64,000 bases of DNA, taken from the NCBI RefSeq assembly GCF_009914755.1, contig NC_060946.1. One strand, given 5' to 3'. The stretch is from the human T2T-CHM13v2.0 reference genome, Homo sapiens. The translations under genes and the position numbers were made by a program. Positions 25,748 to 38,800 of this stretch are shown here, piece by piece (positions within the stretch are counted from its first letter, which is position 1; every line of letters starts with the position of its first letter). Under the pieces are notes generated by a model, which saw only the letters and a program-made list of their open reading frames with translations, was not told the DNA's origin and did no database searches.

Positions 25748-27584
25748 CTAGGATGTGCCTAAATTAACTTTTTGACATAACCCTGTACTGATCATCCAGG
25801 TGATGGAGCTTTTGTCTAGGCTCTGCCTAAGGGGGCATTGTGACATATTTCTGCATTGATCACCCAGGTGGCGAACTCTTCTCTGGGATCTGCCTATGGG
25901 GGCATTGTGAGAAATCTCTGCACTGATCACCCATGTGATGTAACTGTTGTGTAAACTCTGCCTACAGGGGAATTGTGAGAGATCTCGCCACTGATTACCC
26001 AAGTGATGTAACCGTTGTCTAGGCTTTGCGTACAGGGGGCTTTGTGACATACCTTTGCACTGATCACCCAGGTGATGTAACACATCTAAGTTCGGCCTAA
26101 AGGAGCTTTGTGACATATCTCTGCACTGATCGCTTAGGTGATGTAACACTTTTATAATCACTGCCTACAGGGAATTTTGACAAATCTCTGCACTGATCAC
26201 CTAGGTGACGTAACTCTTGTCTACCCTCTGTCCAACGGGGCATTGTGAAATATCTCTGCACTGATCACCCAGGTGATTCAACTCTTGACTAGGAACTGCC
26301 TACAGAGGTTATTGTGAAATATCTCTGCACTGATAAACTAGGTGGTGTAACCCTTGTCCAAGCTCTGCCTACAGGGGCGTTTCCACATATCCCTGAACTG
26401 ATGACAGAGGTGATGTAACTCTTGCCTAGGCTTTGCCTACAGGGAACATTGGACATATATCTGCACTGATCACCCAGGTGATGCAACTCTTGCCTAGGCT
26501 TTGCCTACAGGGGACATTGTGACATATCTCTGCACTGATCTCCCAGGTGCTGTAACTTTAGTCTAGGCTCTGGCTACACGGCATTGTGACATATCACTGC
26601 ACTGATCAACCAGGTGATATAACTCTTGTATAGGCTCTGCCTACAGGGGGTTTGTGACCTACCTCTGCACTGATCACCCAGGTGATATAACTCTTCCCTA
26701 GGATCTTCCTACAGGGTACTTTGTGACATATCCCTGCACTGATCACCCATTTGATCTATCTCTGGTCTAAGCACTGCCTAAAGGGGCATTGTGACAGATC
26801 TCTGCACTGATCACTCAGGTGATGTAAGTATTGTCTAGGCTCTGCTTCAAGGGGCCTTGTCAGATATCTCTAAACTGATCACCCAGGGGATGTAACTCTT
26901 GTCTAGGCTCTGCTTCCAGGGCATATTGTGACATATCTATGCACTGATCACCTTAGTGATGTAACACTTTGGTAGGCTCGGCCTACAGGGGAATCTTGAC
27001 ATATCTCTGCACTGTTAACCGAGGTGATTTAACTCTTGTCTAGGCTGTGCCCACAGGGGGATTGAGACATATCTCTGCACTGATCCCGAGGTGATACAAC
27101 TCTTGCCTGGTCTCTGCCTACTGTGGACATTGTGACATATCTCTGCACTGATCTCCGAGGTGCTGTAACTTTAGTCTAGGCTCTGGCTACACGGCATTGT
27201 GACATATCACTGCACTGATCACCCAGGCGATATAACAATCCTCTAGGATCTGACCACAGGGTGCTTTGTGACATATCCCTGCAATGATCACCCAGGTGAT
27301 ATACCACTTGCCAAGGCTCTGCCCACAGGGGCATTGCAATGTATCTCTGCACTGATCACCTAGGTCTTGTAGCTATTTTCTAGGATCTGCCTACAGGGTG
27401 CTTTGTGACGTGTCCCAGCAAGGATTACCCAGGTGATGTACCTCTCATCAAGGCTCTGCCTACAGGCACATTGTGATGTATCTCTGCAGTGATCACCTAG
27501 GTCATGTAACTTTTTTCTAGGCTCTACCTACGATGGCATTGTGACATATCTCTGCACTAATCATCCAAGTGATGTAACTCTTGT
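25748..27584 (+). repeat. 27-monomer HOR variant (1837 bp), monomers A and B fused
   Basis: Spacing is 1906 - 69. The diagnostic TTCAATGATCACTCATGTGATGCAT segment is absent, and a hybrid monomer sits at 26468-26536. Confidence 0.93.
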
Positions 27585-29828
27585 CTAGGATGTGCCTAAA
27601 TTAACTTTTTGACATAACCCTGTACTGATCATCCAGGTGATGGAGCTTTTGTCTAGGCTCTGCCTAAGGGGGTATTGTGACATATTTCTGCATTGATCAC
27701 CCTGGTGGCGAACTCTTCTCTCGGATCTGCCTATGGGGGCATTGTGAGAAATCTCTGCACTGATCACCCAGGTGATGTAACTGTTGTGTAACCTCTGCCT
27801 ACAGGGGAATTGTGAGAGATCTCGTCACTGATTACCCAAGTGATGTAACCGTTGTCTAGGCTTTGCGTACAGGGGGCTTTGTGACATACCTTTGCACTGA
27901 TCACCCAGGTGATGTAACACATCTAACTTCGGCCTAAAGGAGCTTTGTGACATATCTCTGCACTGATCACTTAGGTGATGTAACACTTTTATCATCACTG
28001 CCTACTGGGAATTTTGACAAATCTCTGCACTGATCACCTAGGTGATGTAACTCTTGTCTACCCTCTGTCCAATGGGGCATTGTGAAATATCTCTGCACTG
28101 ATCACCCAGGTGATGTAACTGTTGTGTTAACTCTGCCTACAGGGGAATTGTGAGAGATCTCGCCACTGATTACGCAAGTGATGTAACCGTTGTCTAGGAT
28201 TTTCATACAGGGGGCTTTGTGACATACCTTTGCACTGATCACCCAGGTGATGTAACACATCTAAGTTCGGCCTAAAGGAGCTTTGTAACATATCTCTGCA
28301 CTGATCGCTTAGGTGATGTACCACTTTTATAATCACTGCCTACAGGGAATTTTGACAAATCTCTGCACTGATCACCTAGGTGATGTAACTCTTGTCTACC
28401 CTCTGTCCAATGGGGCATTGTGAAATATCTCTGCACTGATCACCCAGGTGATTCAACTCTTGACTAGGAACTGCCTACAGAGGTTATTGTGAAATATCTC
28501 TGCACTGATAAACTAGGTGGTGTAACCGTTGTCCAAGCTCTGCCTGCAGGGGCGTTTCCACATATCCCTGAACTGATGACAGAGGTGATGTAACTCTTGC
28601 CTAGGCTTTGCCTACAGGGAACATTGGACATATATCTGCACTGATCACCCAGGTGATGCAACTCTTGCCTAGGCTTTGCCTACAGGGGACATTGTGACAT
28701 ATCTCTTCAATGATCACTCATGTGATGCATCTCTTGCCTAGGCTTTGCCTACAGGGGACATTGTGACATATCTCTGCACCGATCTCCCAGGTGCTGTAAC
28801 TTTAGTCTAGGCTCTGGCTACACGGCATTGTGACATATCACTGCACTGATCAACCAGGTGATATAACTCTTGTATAGGCTCTGCCTACAGGCGGATTGTG
28901 ACCTACCTCTGCACTGATCACCCAGGTGATATAACTCTTCTCTAGGATCTTCCTACAGGGTACTTTGTGACATATCCCTGCACTGATCACCCAGGTGATC
29001 TATCTCTGGTCTAAGCTCTGCCTAAAGGGGCATTGTGACAGATCTCTGCACTGATCACTCAGGTGATGTAAGTATTGTCTAGGCTCTGCTTCAAGGGGCC
29101 TTGTCACATATCTCTGCACTGATCACCCAGGTGATGTAACTCTTGTCTAGGCTCTGCTTCCAGGACATATTGTGACATATCTATGCACTGATCACCTTAG
29201 TGATGTAACACTTTGGTAGGCTCGGCCTACAGGGGAATCTTGACATATCTCTGCACTGTTAACCGAGGTGATTTAACTCTTGTCTAGGCTGTGCCCACAG
29301 GGGGATTGAGACATATCTCTGCACTGATCCCGAGGTGATACAACTCTTGCCTGGTCTCTGCCTACTGTGGACATTGTGACATATCTCTGCACTGATCTCC
29401 CAGGTGCTGTAACTTTAGTCTAGGCTCTGGCTACACGGCATTGTGACATATCACTGCACTGATCACCCAGGTGATATAACTGTTCTCTAGGATCTGACCA
29501 CAGGGTGCTTTGTGACATATCCCTGCAATGATCACCCAGGTGATATACCACTTGCCAAGGCTCTGCCTACAGGGGCATTGCAATGTATCTCTGCACTGAT
29601 CACCTAGGTCTTGTAGCTATTTTCTAGGATCTGCCTACAGGGTGCTTTGTGACGTGTCCCAGCAAGGATTACCCAGGTGATGTACCTCTCATCAAGGCTC
29701 TGCCTACAGGCACATTGTGATGTATCTCTCCACTGATCACCTAGGTCATGTAACTTTTGTCTAGGCTCTACCTACGATGGCATTGTGACATATCTCTGCA
29801 CTAATCATCCAAGTGATGTAACTCTTGT
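27585..29828 (+). repeat. 33-monomer HOR variant (2244 bp), monomers U-Y duplicated
   Basis: Spacing is 1906 + 338. The block 27762-28099 is repeated at 28100-28437. Confidence 0.93.
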
Positions 29829-32800
29829 CTAGGACGTGCCTAAATTAACTTTTTGACATAACCCTGTACTGATCATCCAGGTGATGGAGCTTTTGTCTAG
29901 GCTCTGCCTAAGGGGGCATTGTGACATATTTCTGCATTGATCCCCCAGGTGGCGAACTCTTCTGTCTGATCTGCCTATGGGGGCATTGTGAGAAATCTCT
30001 GCACTGATCTCCCAGGTGATGTAACTGTTGTGTAACCTCTGCCTACAGGGGAATTGTGAGAGATTTCGCCACTGATTACCCAAGTGATGTAACCGTTGTC
30101 TAGGCTTTGCGTACAGGGGGCTTTGTGACATACCTTTGCACTGATCACCCAGGTGATGTAACACATCTAAGTTCGGCCTAAAGGAGCTTTGTGACATATC
30201 TCTGCACTGATCGCTTAGGTGATGTAACACTTTTATAATCACTGCCTACAGGGAATTTTGACAAATCTCTGCACTGATCACCTAGGTGATGTAACTCTTG
30301 TCTACCCTCTGTCCAACAGGGCATTGTGAAATATCTCTGCACTGATCACCCAGGTGATTCCACTCTTGACTAGGAACTGCCTACAGAGGTTATTGTGAAA
30401 TATCTCTGCACTGATAAACTAGGTGGTGTAACCCTTGTCCAAGCTCTGCCTACAGGGGCGTTTCCACATATCCCTGAAATGATGACAGAGGTGATGTAAC
30501 TCTTGCCTAGGCTTTGCCTACAGGGAACATTGGACATATATCTGCAGTGATCACCCAGGTGATGCAACTCTTGCCTAGGCTTTGCCTACAGGGGACATTG
30601 TGACATATCTCTTCAATGATCACTCATGTGATGCATCTCTTGCCTCGGCTTTGCCTACAGGGGACTTTGTGACGTATCTCTGCACTGATCTCCCAGGTGC
30701 TGTAACTTTAGTCTAGGCTCTGGCTACACGGCATTGTGACATATCACTGCACTGATAAACCAGGTGATATAACTCCTGTATAGGCTCTGCCTACAGGGGG
30801 ATTGTGACCTACCTCTGCACTGATCACCCAGGTGATATAACTCTTCTCTAGGATCTTCCTACAGGGTACTTTGTGACATATCCCTGCACTGATCACCCAG
30901 GTGATCTATCTCTGGTCTAAGCTCTGCCTAAAGGGGCATTGTGACAGATCTCTGCACTGATCACTCAGGTGATGTAAGTATTGTCTAGGCTCTGCTTCAA
31001 GGGGCCTTGTCACATATCTCTGCACTGATCACCCAGGTGATGTAACTCTTGCCTAGGCTCTGCTTCCAGGGCATATTGTGATATATCTATGCACTGATCA
31101 CCTTAGTGCTGTAGCACTTTGGTAGGCTCGGCCTACAGGGGAATCTTGACATATCTCTGCACTGTTAACCGAGGTGATTTAACTCTTGTCTAGGCTGTGC
31201 GCACAGGGGGATTGAGACATATCTCTGCACTGATCCCGAGGTGATACAACTCTTGCCTGGTCTCTGCCTACTGTGGACATTGTGACATATCTCTGCACTG
31301 ATCTCCCAGGTGCTGTAACTTTAGTCTAGGCTCTGGCTACATGGCATTGTGACATATCACTGCACTGATCACCCAGGCGATATAACTCTTCTCTAGGATC
31401 TGACCACAGGGTGCTTTGTGACATATCCCTGCAATGATCACCCAGGTGATATACCACTTGCCAAGGCTCTGCCTACAGGGGCATTGCAATGTATCTCTCC
31501 ACTGATCACCTAGGTCTTGTAGCTATTTTCTAGGATCTGCCTACAGGGTGCTTTGTGACGTGTCCCAGCAAGGATTACCCAGGTGATGTACCTCTCATCA
31601 AGGCTCTGCCTACAGGCACATTGTGATGTATCTCTGCACTGATCACCTAGGTCATGTAAATTTTGTCTAGGCTCTACCTACGATGGCATTGTGACATATC
31701 TCTGCACTAATCATCCAAGTGATGTAACTCTTGTCTAGGATGTGCCTAAATTGACTTTTTGACATAACCCTGTACTGATCATCCAGGTGATGGAGCTTTT
31801 GTCTAGGCTCTGCCTAAGGGGGCATTGTGACATATTTCTGCATTGATCACCCAGGTGGCGAACTCTTCTCTCGGATCTGCCTATGGGGGCATTGTGAGAA
31901 ATCTCTGCACTGATCACCCAGGTGATGTAACTGTTGTGTTAACTCTGCCTACAGGGGAATTGTGAGAGATCTCGCCACTGATTACCCAAGTGATGTAACC
32001 GTTGTCTAGGCTTTGCGTACAGGGGGTTTGTGACATAACTTTGCACTGATCACCCAGGTGATGTAACACATGTAAGTTCGGCCTAAAGGAGCTTTGTGAC
32101 ATATCTCTGCACTGATCGCTTAGGTGATGTAACACTTTTATAATCACTGCCTACAGGGAATTTTGACAAATCTCTGCACTGATCACCTAGGTGATGTAAC
32201 TCTTGTCTACCCTCTGTCCAACGGGGCATTGTGAAATATCTCTGCACTGATCACCCAGGTGATTCAACTCTTGACTAGGAACTGCCTACAGAGGTTATTG
32301 TGAAATATCTCTGCACTGATAAACTAGGTGGTGTAACCCTTGTCCAAGCTCTGCCTACAGGGGCGTTTCCACATATCCCTGAACTGATGACAGAGGTGAT
32401 GTAACTCTTGCCTAGGCTTTGCCTACAGTGAACATTGGACATATATCTGCACTGATCACCCAGGTGATGCAACTCTTGCCTAGGCTTTGCCTACAGGTGA
32501 CATTGTGACATATCTCTTCAATGATCACTCATGTGATGCATCTCTTGCCTAGGCTTTGCCTACAGGGGACATTGTGACATATCTCTGCACTGATCTCCCA
32601 GGTGCTGTAACTTTAGTCTAGGCTCTGGCTACACGGCATTGTGACATATCACTGCACTGATAAACCAGGTGATATAACTCTTGTATAGGCTCTGCCTACA
32701 GGGGGATTGTGACCTACCTCTGCACTGATCACCCAGGTGATATAACTCTTCTCTAGCACCTTCCTACAGGGTACTTTGTGACATATCCCTGCATTGATCA

Positions 32801-35800
32801 CCCAGGTGATCTATCTCTGGTCTGAGGTCTGCCTAAAGGGGCATTGTGACAGATCTCTTCACTGATCACTCAGGTGATGTAAGTATTGTCTAGGCTCTGC
32901 TTCAAGGGGCCTTGTCACATATCTCTGCACTGATCACCCAGGTGATGTAACTCTTGTCTAGGCTCTGCTTCCAGGGCATATTGTGACATATCTATGCACT
33001 GATCACCTTAGTGATGTAACACTTTGGTAGGCTCGTCCACAGGGGAATCTTGACATATCTCTGCACTGTTAACCGAGGTGATTTAACTCTTGTCTAGGCT
33101 GTGCCCACAGGGGGATTGAGACATATCTCTGCACTGATCCCGAGGTGATACAACTCTTGCCTGGTCTCTGCCTACTGTGGACATTGTGACATATCTCTGC
33201 ACTGATCTCCCAGGTGCTGTAACTTTAGTCTAGGCTCTGGCTACACGGCATTGTGACATATCACTGCACTGATCACCCAGGCGATATAACTCTTCTCTAG
33301 GATCTGACCACAGGGTGCTTTGTGACATATCCCTGCAATGATCACCCAGGTAATATACCACTTGCCAAGGCTCTGCCTACAGGGGCATTGCAATGTATCT
33401 CTGCACTGATCACCTAGGTCTTGTAGATATTTTCTAGGATCTGCCTACAGGGTGCTTTGTGACGTGCCCCAGCAAGGATTACCCAGGTGATCTACCTCTC
33501 ATCAAGGCTCTGCCTACAGGCACATTGTGATGTATCTCTGCACTGATCACCTAGGTCATGTAACTTTTGTCTAGGCTCTACCTACGATGGCATTGTGACA
33601 TATCTCTGCACTAATCATCCAAGTGATGTAACTCTTGTCTAGGATGTGCCTAAATTAACTTTTTGACATAACCCTGTACTGATCATCCAGGTGATGGAGC
33701 TTTTGTCTAGGCTCTGCCTAAGGGGGCATTGTGACATATTTCTGCATTGATCACCCAGGTGGCGAACTCTTCTCTCGGATCTGCCTATGGGGGCATTGTG
33801 AGAAATCTCTGCACTGATCACCCAGGTGATGTAACTGTTGTGTTAACTCTGCCTACAGGGGAATTGTGAGAGATCTCGCCACTGATTACCCAAGTGATGT
33901 AACCGTTGTCTAGGCTTTGCGTACAGGGGGCTTTGTGACATACCTTTGCACTGATCACCCAGGTGATGTAACAGATCTAAGTTCGGCCTAAAGGAGCTTT
34001 GTGACATATCTCTGCACTGATCGCTTAGGTGATGTAACACTTTTATAATCACTGCCTACAGGGAATTTTGACAAATCTCTGCACTGATCACCTAGGTGAT
34101 GTAACTCTTGTCTACCCTCTGTCCAACGGGGCATTGTGAAATATCTCTGCACTGATCACCCAGGTGATTCAACTCTTGACTAGGAACTGCCTACAGAGGT
34201 TATTGTGAAATATCTCTGCACTGATAAACTAGGTGGTGTAACCCTTGTACAAGCTCTGCCTACAGGGGCGTTTCCACATATCCCTGAACTGATGACAGAG
34301 GTGATGTAACTCTTGCCTAGGCTTTGCCTACAGGGAACATTGGACATATATCTGCACTGATCACCCAGGTGATGCAACTCTTGCCTAGGCTTTGCCTACA
34401 GGGGACATTGTGACATATCTCTTCAATGATCACTCATGTGATGCATCTCTTGCCTAGGCTTTGCCTACAGGGGACATTGTGACATATCTCTGCACTGATC
34501 TCCCAGGTGCTGTAACTTTAGTCTAGGCTCTGGCTACACGGCATTGTGACATATCACTGCACTGATCAACCAGGTGATATAACTCTTGTATAGGCTCTGC
34601 CTACAGGGGGATTGTGACCTACCTCTGCACTGATCACCCAGGTGATATAACTCTTCTCTAGCACCTTCCTACAGGGTACTTTGTGACATATCTCTGCATT
34701 GATCACCCAGGTGATCTATCTCTGGTCTAAGCTCTGCCTAAAGGGGCATTGTGACAGATCTCTGCACTGATCACTCAGGTGATGGAAGTATTGTCTAGGC
34801 TCTGCTTCAAGGGGCCTTGTCACATATCCCTGCACTGATCACCCAGGTGATGTAACTCTTGTCTAGGCTCTGCTTCCAGGGCATATTGTGACATATCTAT
34901 GCACTGATCACCTTAGTGATGTAACACTTTGGTAGGCTCGGCCTACAGGGGAATCTTGACATATCTCTGCACTGTTAACCGAGGTGATTTAACTCTTCTC
35001 TAGGTTGTGCCCACAGGGGGATTGAGACATATCTCTGCACTGATCCCGAGGTGATACAACTCTTGCCTGGTCTCTGCCTACTGTGGACATTGTGACATAT
35101 CTCTGCACTGATCTCCCAGGTGCTGTAACTTTAGTCTAGGCTCTGGCTACACGGCATTGTGACATATCACTGCACTGATCACCCAGGCGATATAACTCTT
35201 CTCTAGGATCTGACCACAGGGTGCTTTGTGACATATCCCTGCAATGATCACCCAGGTGATATACCACTTGCCAAGGCTCTGCCTACAGGGGCATTGCAAT
35301 GTATCTCTGCACTGATCACCTAGGTCTTGTAGCTATTTTCTAGGATCTGCCTACAGGGTGCTTTGTGACATGTCCCAGCAAGGATTACCCAGGTGATGTA
35401 CCTCTCATCAAGGCTCTGCCTACAGGCACATTGTGATGTATCTCTGCACTGATCACCTAGGTCATGTAACTTTTGTCTAGGCTCTACCTACGATGGCATT
35501 GTGACATATCTCTGCACTAATCATCCAAGAGATGTAACTCTTGTCTAGGATGTGCCTAAATTAACTTTTTGACATAACCCTGTACTGATCATCCAGGTGA
35601 TGGAGCTTTTGTCTAGGCTCTGCCTAAGGGGGCATTGTGACATATTTCTGCATTGATCACCCAGGTGGCGAACTCTTCTCTCGGATCTGCCTATGGGGGC
35701 ATTGTGAGAAATCTCTGCACTGATCACCCAGGTGATGTAACTGTTGTGTAACCTCTGCCTACAGGGGAATTGTGAGAGATCTCGTCACTGATTACCCAAG

Positions 35801-38800
35801 TGATATAACCGTTGTCTAGGCTTTGCATACAGGGGGCTTTGTGACATACCTTTGCACTGATCACTCAGGTGATGTAACACATCTAAGTTCGGCCTAAAGG
35901 AGCTTTGTGACATACCTCTGCACTGATCACTTAGGTGATGTAACACTTTTATAATCACTGCCTACAGGGAATTTTGACAAATCTCTGCACTGATCACCTA
36001 GGTGATGTAACTCTTGTCTACCCTCTGTCCAACGGGGCATTGTGAAATATCTCTGCACTGATCACCCAGGTGATTCAACTCTTGACTAGGAACTGCCTAC
36101 AGAGTTTATTGTGAAATATCTCTGCACTGATAAACTAGGTGGTGTAACCCTTGTCCAAGCTCTGCCTACAGGGGCGTTTCCACATATCCCTGAACTGATG
36201 ACAGAGGTGATGTAACTCTTGCCTAGGCTTTGCCTACAGGGAACATTGGACATATATCTGCACTGATCACCCAGGTGATGCAACTCTTGCCTAGGCTTTG
36301 CCTACAGGGGACATTGTGACATATCTCTTCAATGATGACTCATGTGATGCATCTCTTGCCTAGGCTTTGCCTACAGGGGACATTGTGACATATCTCTGCA
36401 CTGATCTCCCAGGTGCTGTAACTTTAGTCTAGGCTCTGGCTACACGGCATTGTGACATATCACTGCACTGATCAACCAGGTGATATAACTCTTGTATAGG
36501 CTCTGCCTACAGGGGGATTGTGACCTACCTCTGCACTGATCACCCAGGTGATATAACTCTTCTCTAGCACCTTCCTACAGGGTACTTTGTGACATATCTC
36601 TGCATTGATCACCCAGGTGATCTATCTCTGGTCTAAGCTCTGCCTAAAGGGGCATTGTGACAGATCTCTGCACTGATCACTCAGGTGATGGAAGTATTGT
36701 CTAGGCTCTGCTTCAAGGGGCCTTGTCACATATCCCTGCACTGATCACCCAGGTGATGTAACTCTTGTCTAGGCTCTGCTTCCAGGGCATATTGTGACAT
36801 ATCTATGCACTGATCACCTTAGTGATGTAACACTTTGGTAGGCTCGGCCTACAGGGGAATCTTGACATATCTCTGCACTGTTAACCGAGGTGATTTAACT
36901 CTTGTCTAGGCTGTGCCCACAGGGGGATTGAGACATATCTCTGCACTGATCCCGAGGTGATACAACTCTTGCCTGGTGTCTGCCTACTGTGGACATTGTG
37001 ACATATCTCTGCACTGATCTCCCAGGTGCTGTAACTTTAGTCAAGGCTCTGGCTACACGGCATTGTGACATATCACTGCACTGATCACCCAGGCGGTATA
37101 ACTCTTCTCTAGGATCTGACCACATTGTGCTTTGTGACATATCACTGCAATGATCACCCAGGTGATATACCACTTGCCAAGGCTCTGCCTACAGGGGCAT
37201 TGCAATGTATCTCTGCACTGATCACCTAGGTCTTGTAGCTATTTTCTAGGATCTGCCTACATGGTGCTTTGTGACGTGTCCCAGCAAGGATTACCCAGGT
37301 GATGTACCTCTCATCAAGGCTCTGCCTACAGGCACATTGTGATGTATCTCTGCACTGATCACCTAGGTCATGTAAATTTTGTCTAGGCTCTACCTACGAT
37401 GGCATTGTGACATATCTCTGCACTAATCATCCAAGTGATGTAACTCTTGTCTAGGATGTGCCTAAATTAACTTTTTGACATAACCCTGTACTGATCATCC
37501 AGGTGATGGAGCTTTTGTCTAGGCTCTGCCTAAGGGGGCATTGTGACATATTTCTGCATTGATCACCCAGGTGGCGAACTCTTCTCTCGGATCTGCCTAT
37601 GGGGGCATCGTGAGAAATCTCTGCACTGATCACCCAGGTGATGTAACTGTTGTGTAACCTCTGCCTACAGGGGAATTGTGAGAGATCTCGTCACTGATTA
37701 CCCAAGTGATGTAACCGTTGTCTAGGCTTTGCATACAGGGGGCTTTGTGACATACCTTTGCACTGATCACTCAGGTGATGTAACACATCTAAGATCGGCC
37801 TAAAGGAGCTTTGTGACATACCTCTGCACTGATCACTTAGGTGATGTAACACTTTTATAATCACTGCCTACAGGGAATTTTGACAAACCTCTGCACTGAT
37901 CACCTAGGTGATGTAACTCTTGTCTACCCTCTGTCCAACGGGGCATTGTGAAATATCTCTGCACTGATCACCCAGGTGATTCAACTCTTGACTAGGAACT
38001 GCCGACAGAGGTTATTGTGAAATATCTCTGCACTGATAAACTAGGTGGTGTAACCCTTGTCCAAGCTCTGCCTACAGGGGCGTTTCCACATATCCCTGAA
38101 CTGATGACAGAGGTGATGTAACTCTTGCCTAGGCTTTGCCTACAGGGAACATTGGACATATATCTGCACTGATCACCCAGGTGATGCAACTCTTGCCTAG
38201 GCTTTGCCTACAGGGGACATTGTGACATATCTCTTCAATGATCACTCATGTGATGCATCTCTTGCCTAGGCTTTGCCTACAGGGGACATTGTGACATATC
38301 TCTGCACTGATCTCCCAGGTGCTGTAACTTTAGTCTAGGCTCTGGCTACACGGCATTGTGACATATCACTGCACTGATCAACCAGGTGATATAACTCTTG
38401 TATAGGCTCTGCCTACAGGGGGATTGTGACCTACCTCTGCACTGATCACCCAGGTGATATAACTCTTCTCTAGCACCTTCCTACAGGGTACTTTGTGACA
38501 TATCTCTGCATTGATCACCCAGGTGATCTATCTCTGGTCTAAGCTCTGCCTAAAGGGGCATTGTGACAGATCTCTGCACTGATCACTCAGGTGATGGAAG
38601 TATTGTCTAGGCTCTGCTTCAAGGGGCCTTGTCACATATCCCTGCACTGATCACCCAGGTGATGTAACTCTTGTCTAGGCTCTGCTTCCAGGGCATATTG
38701 TGACATATCTATGCACTGATCACCTTAGTGATGTAACACTTTGGTAGGCTCGGCCTACAGGGGAATCTTGACATATCTCTGCACTGTTAACCGAGGTGAT

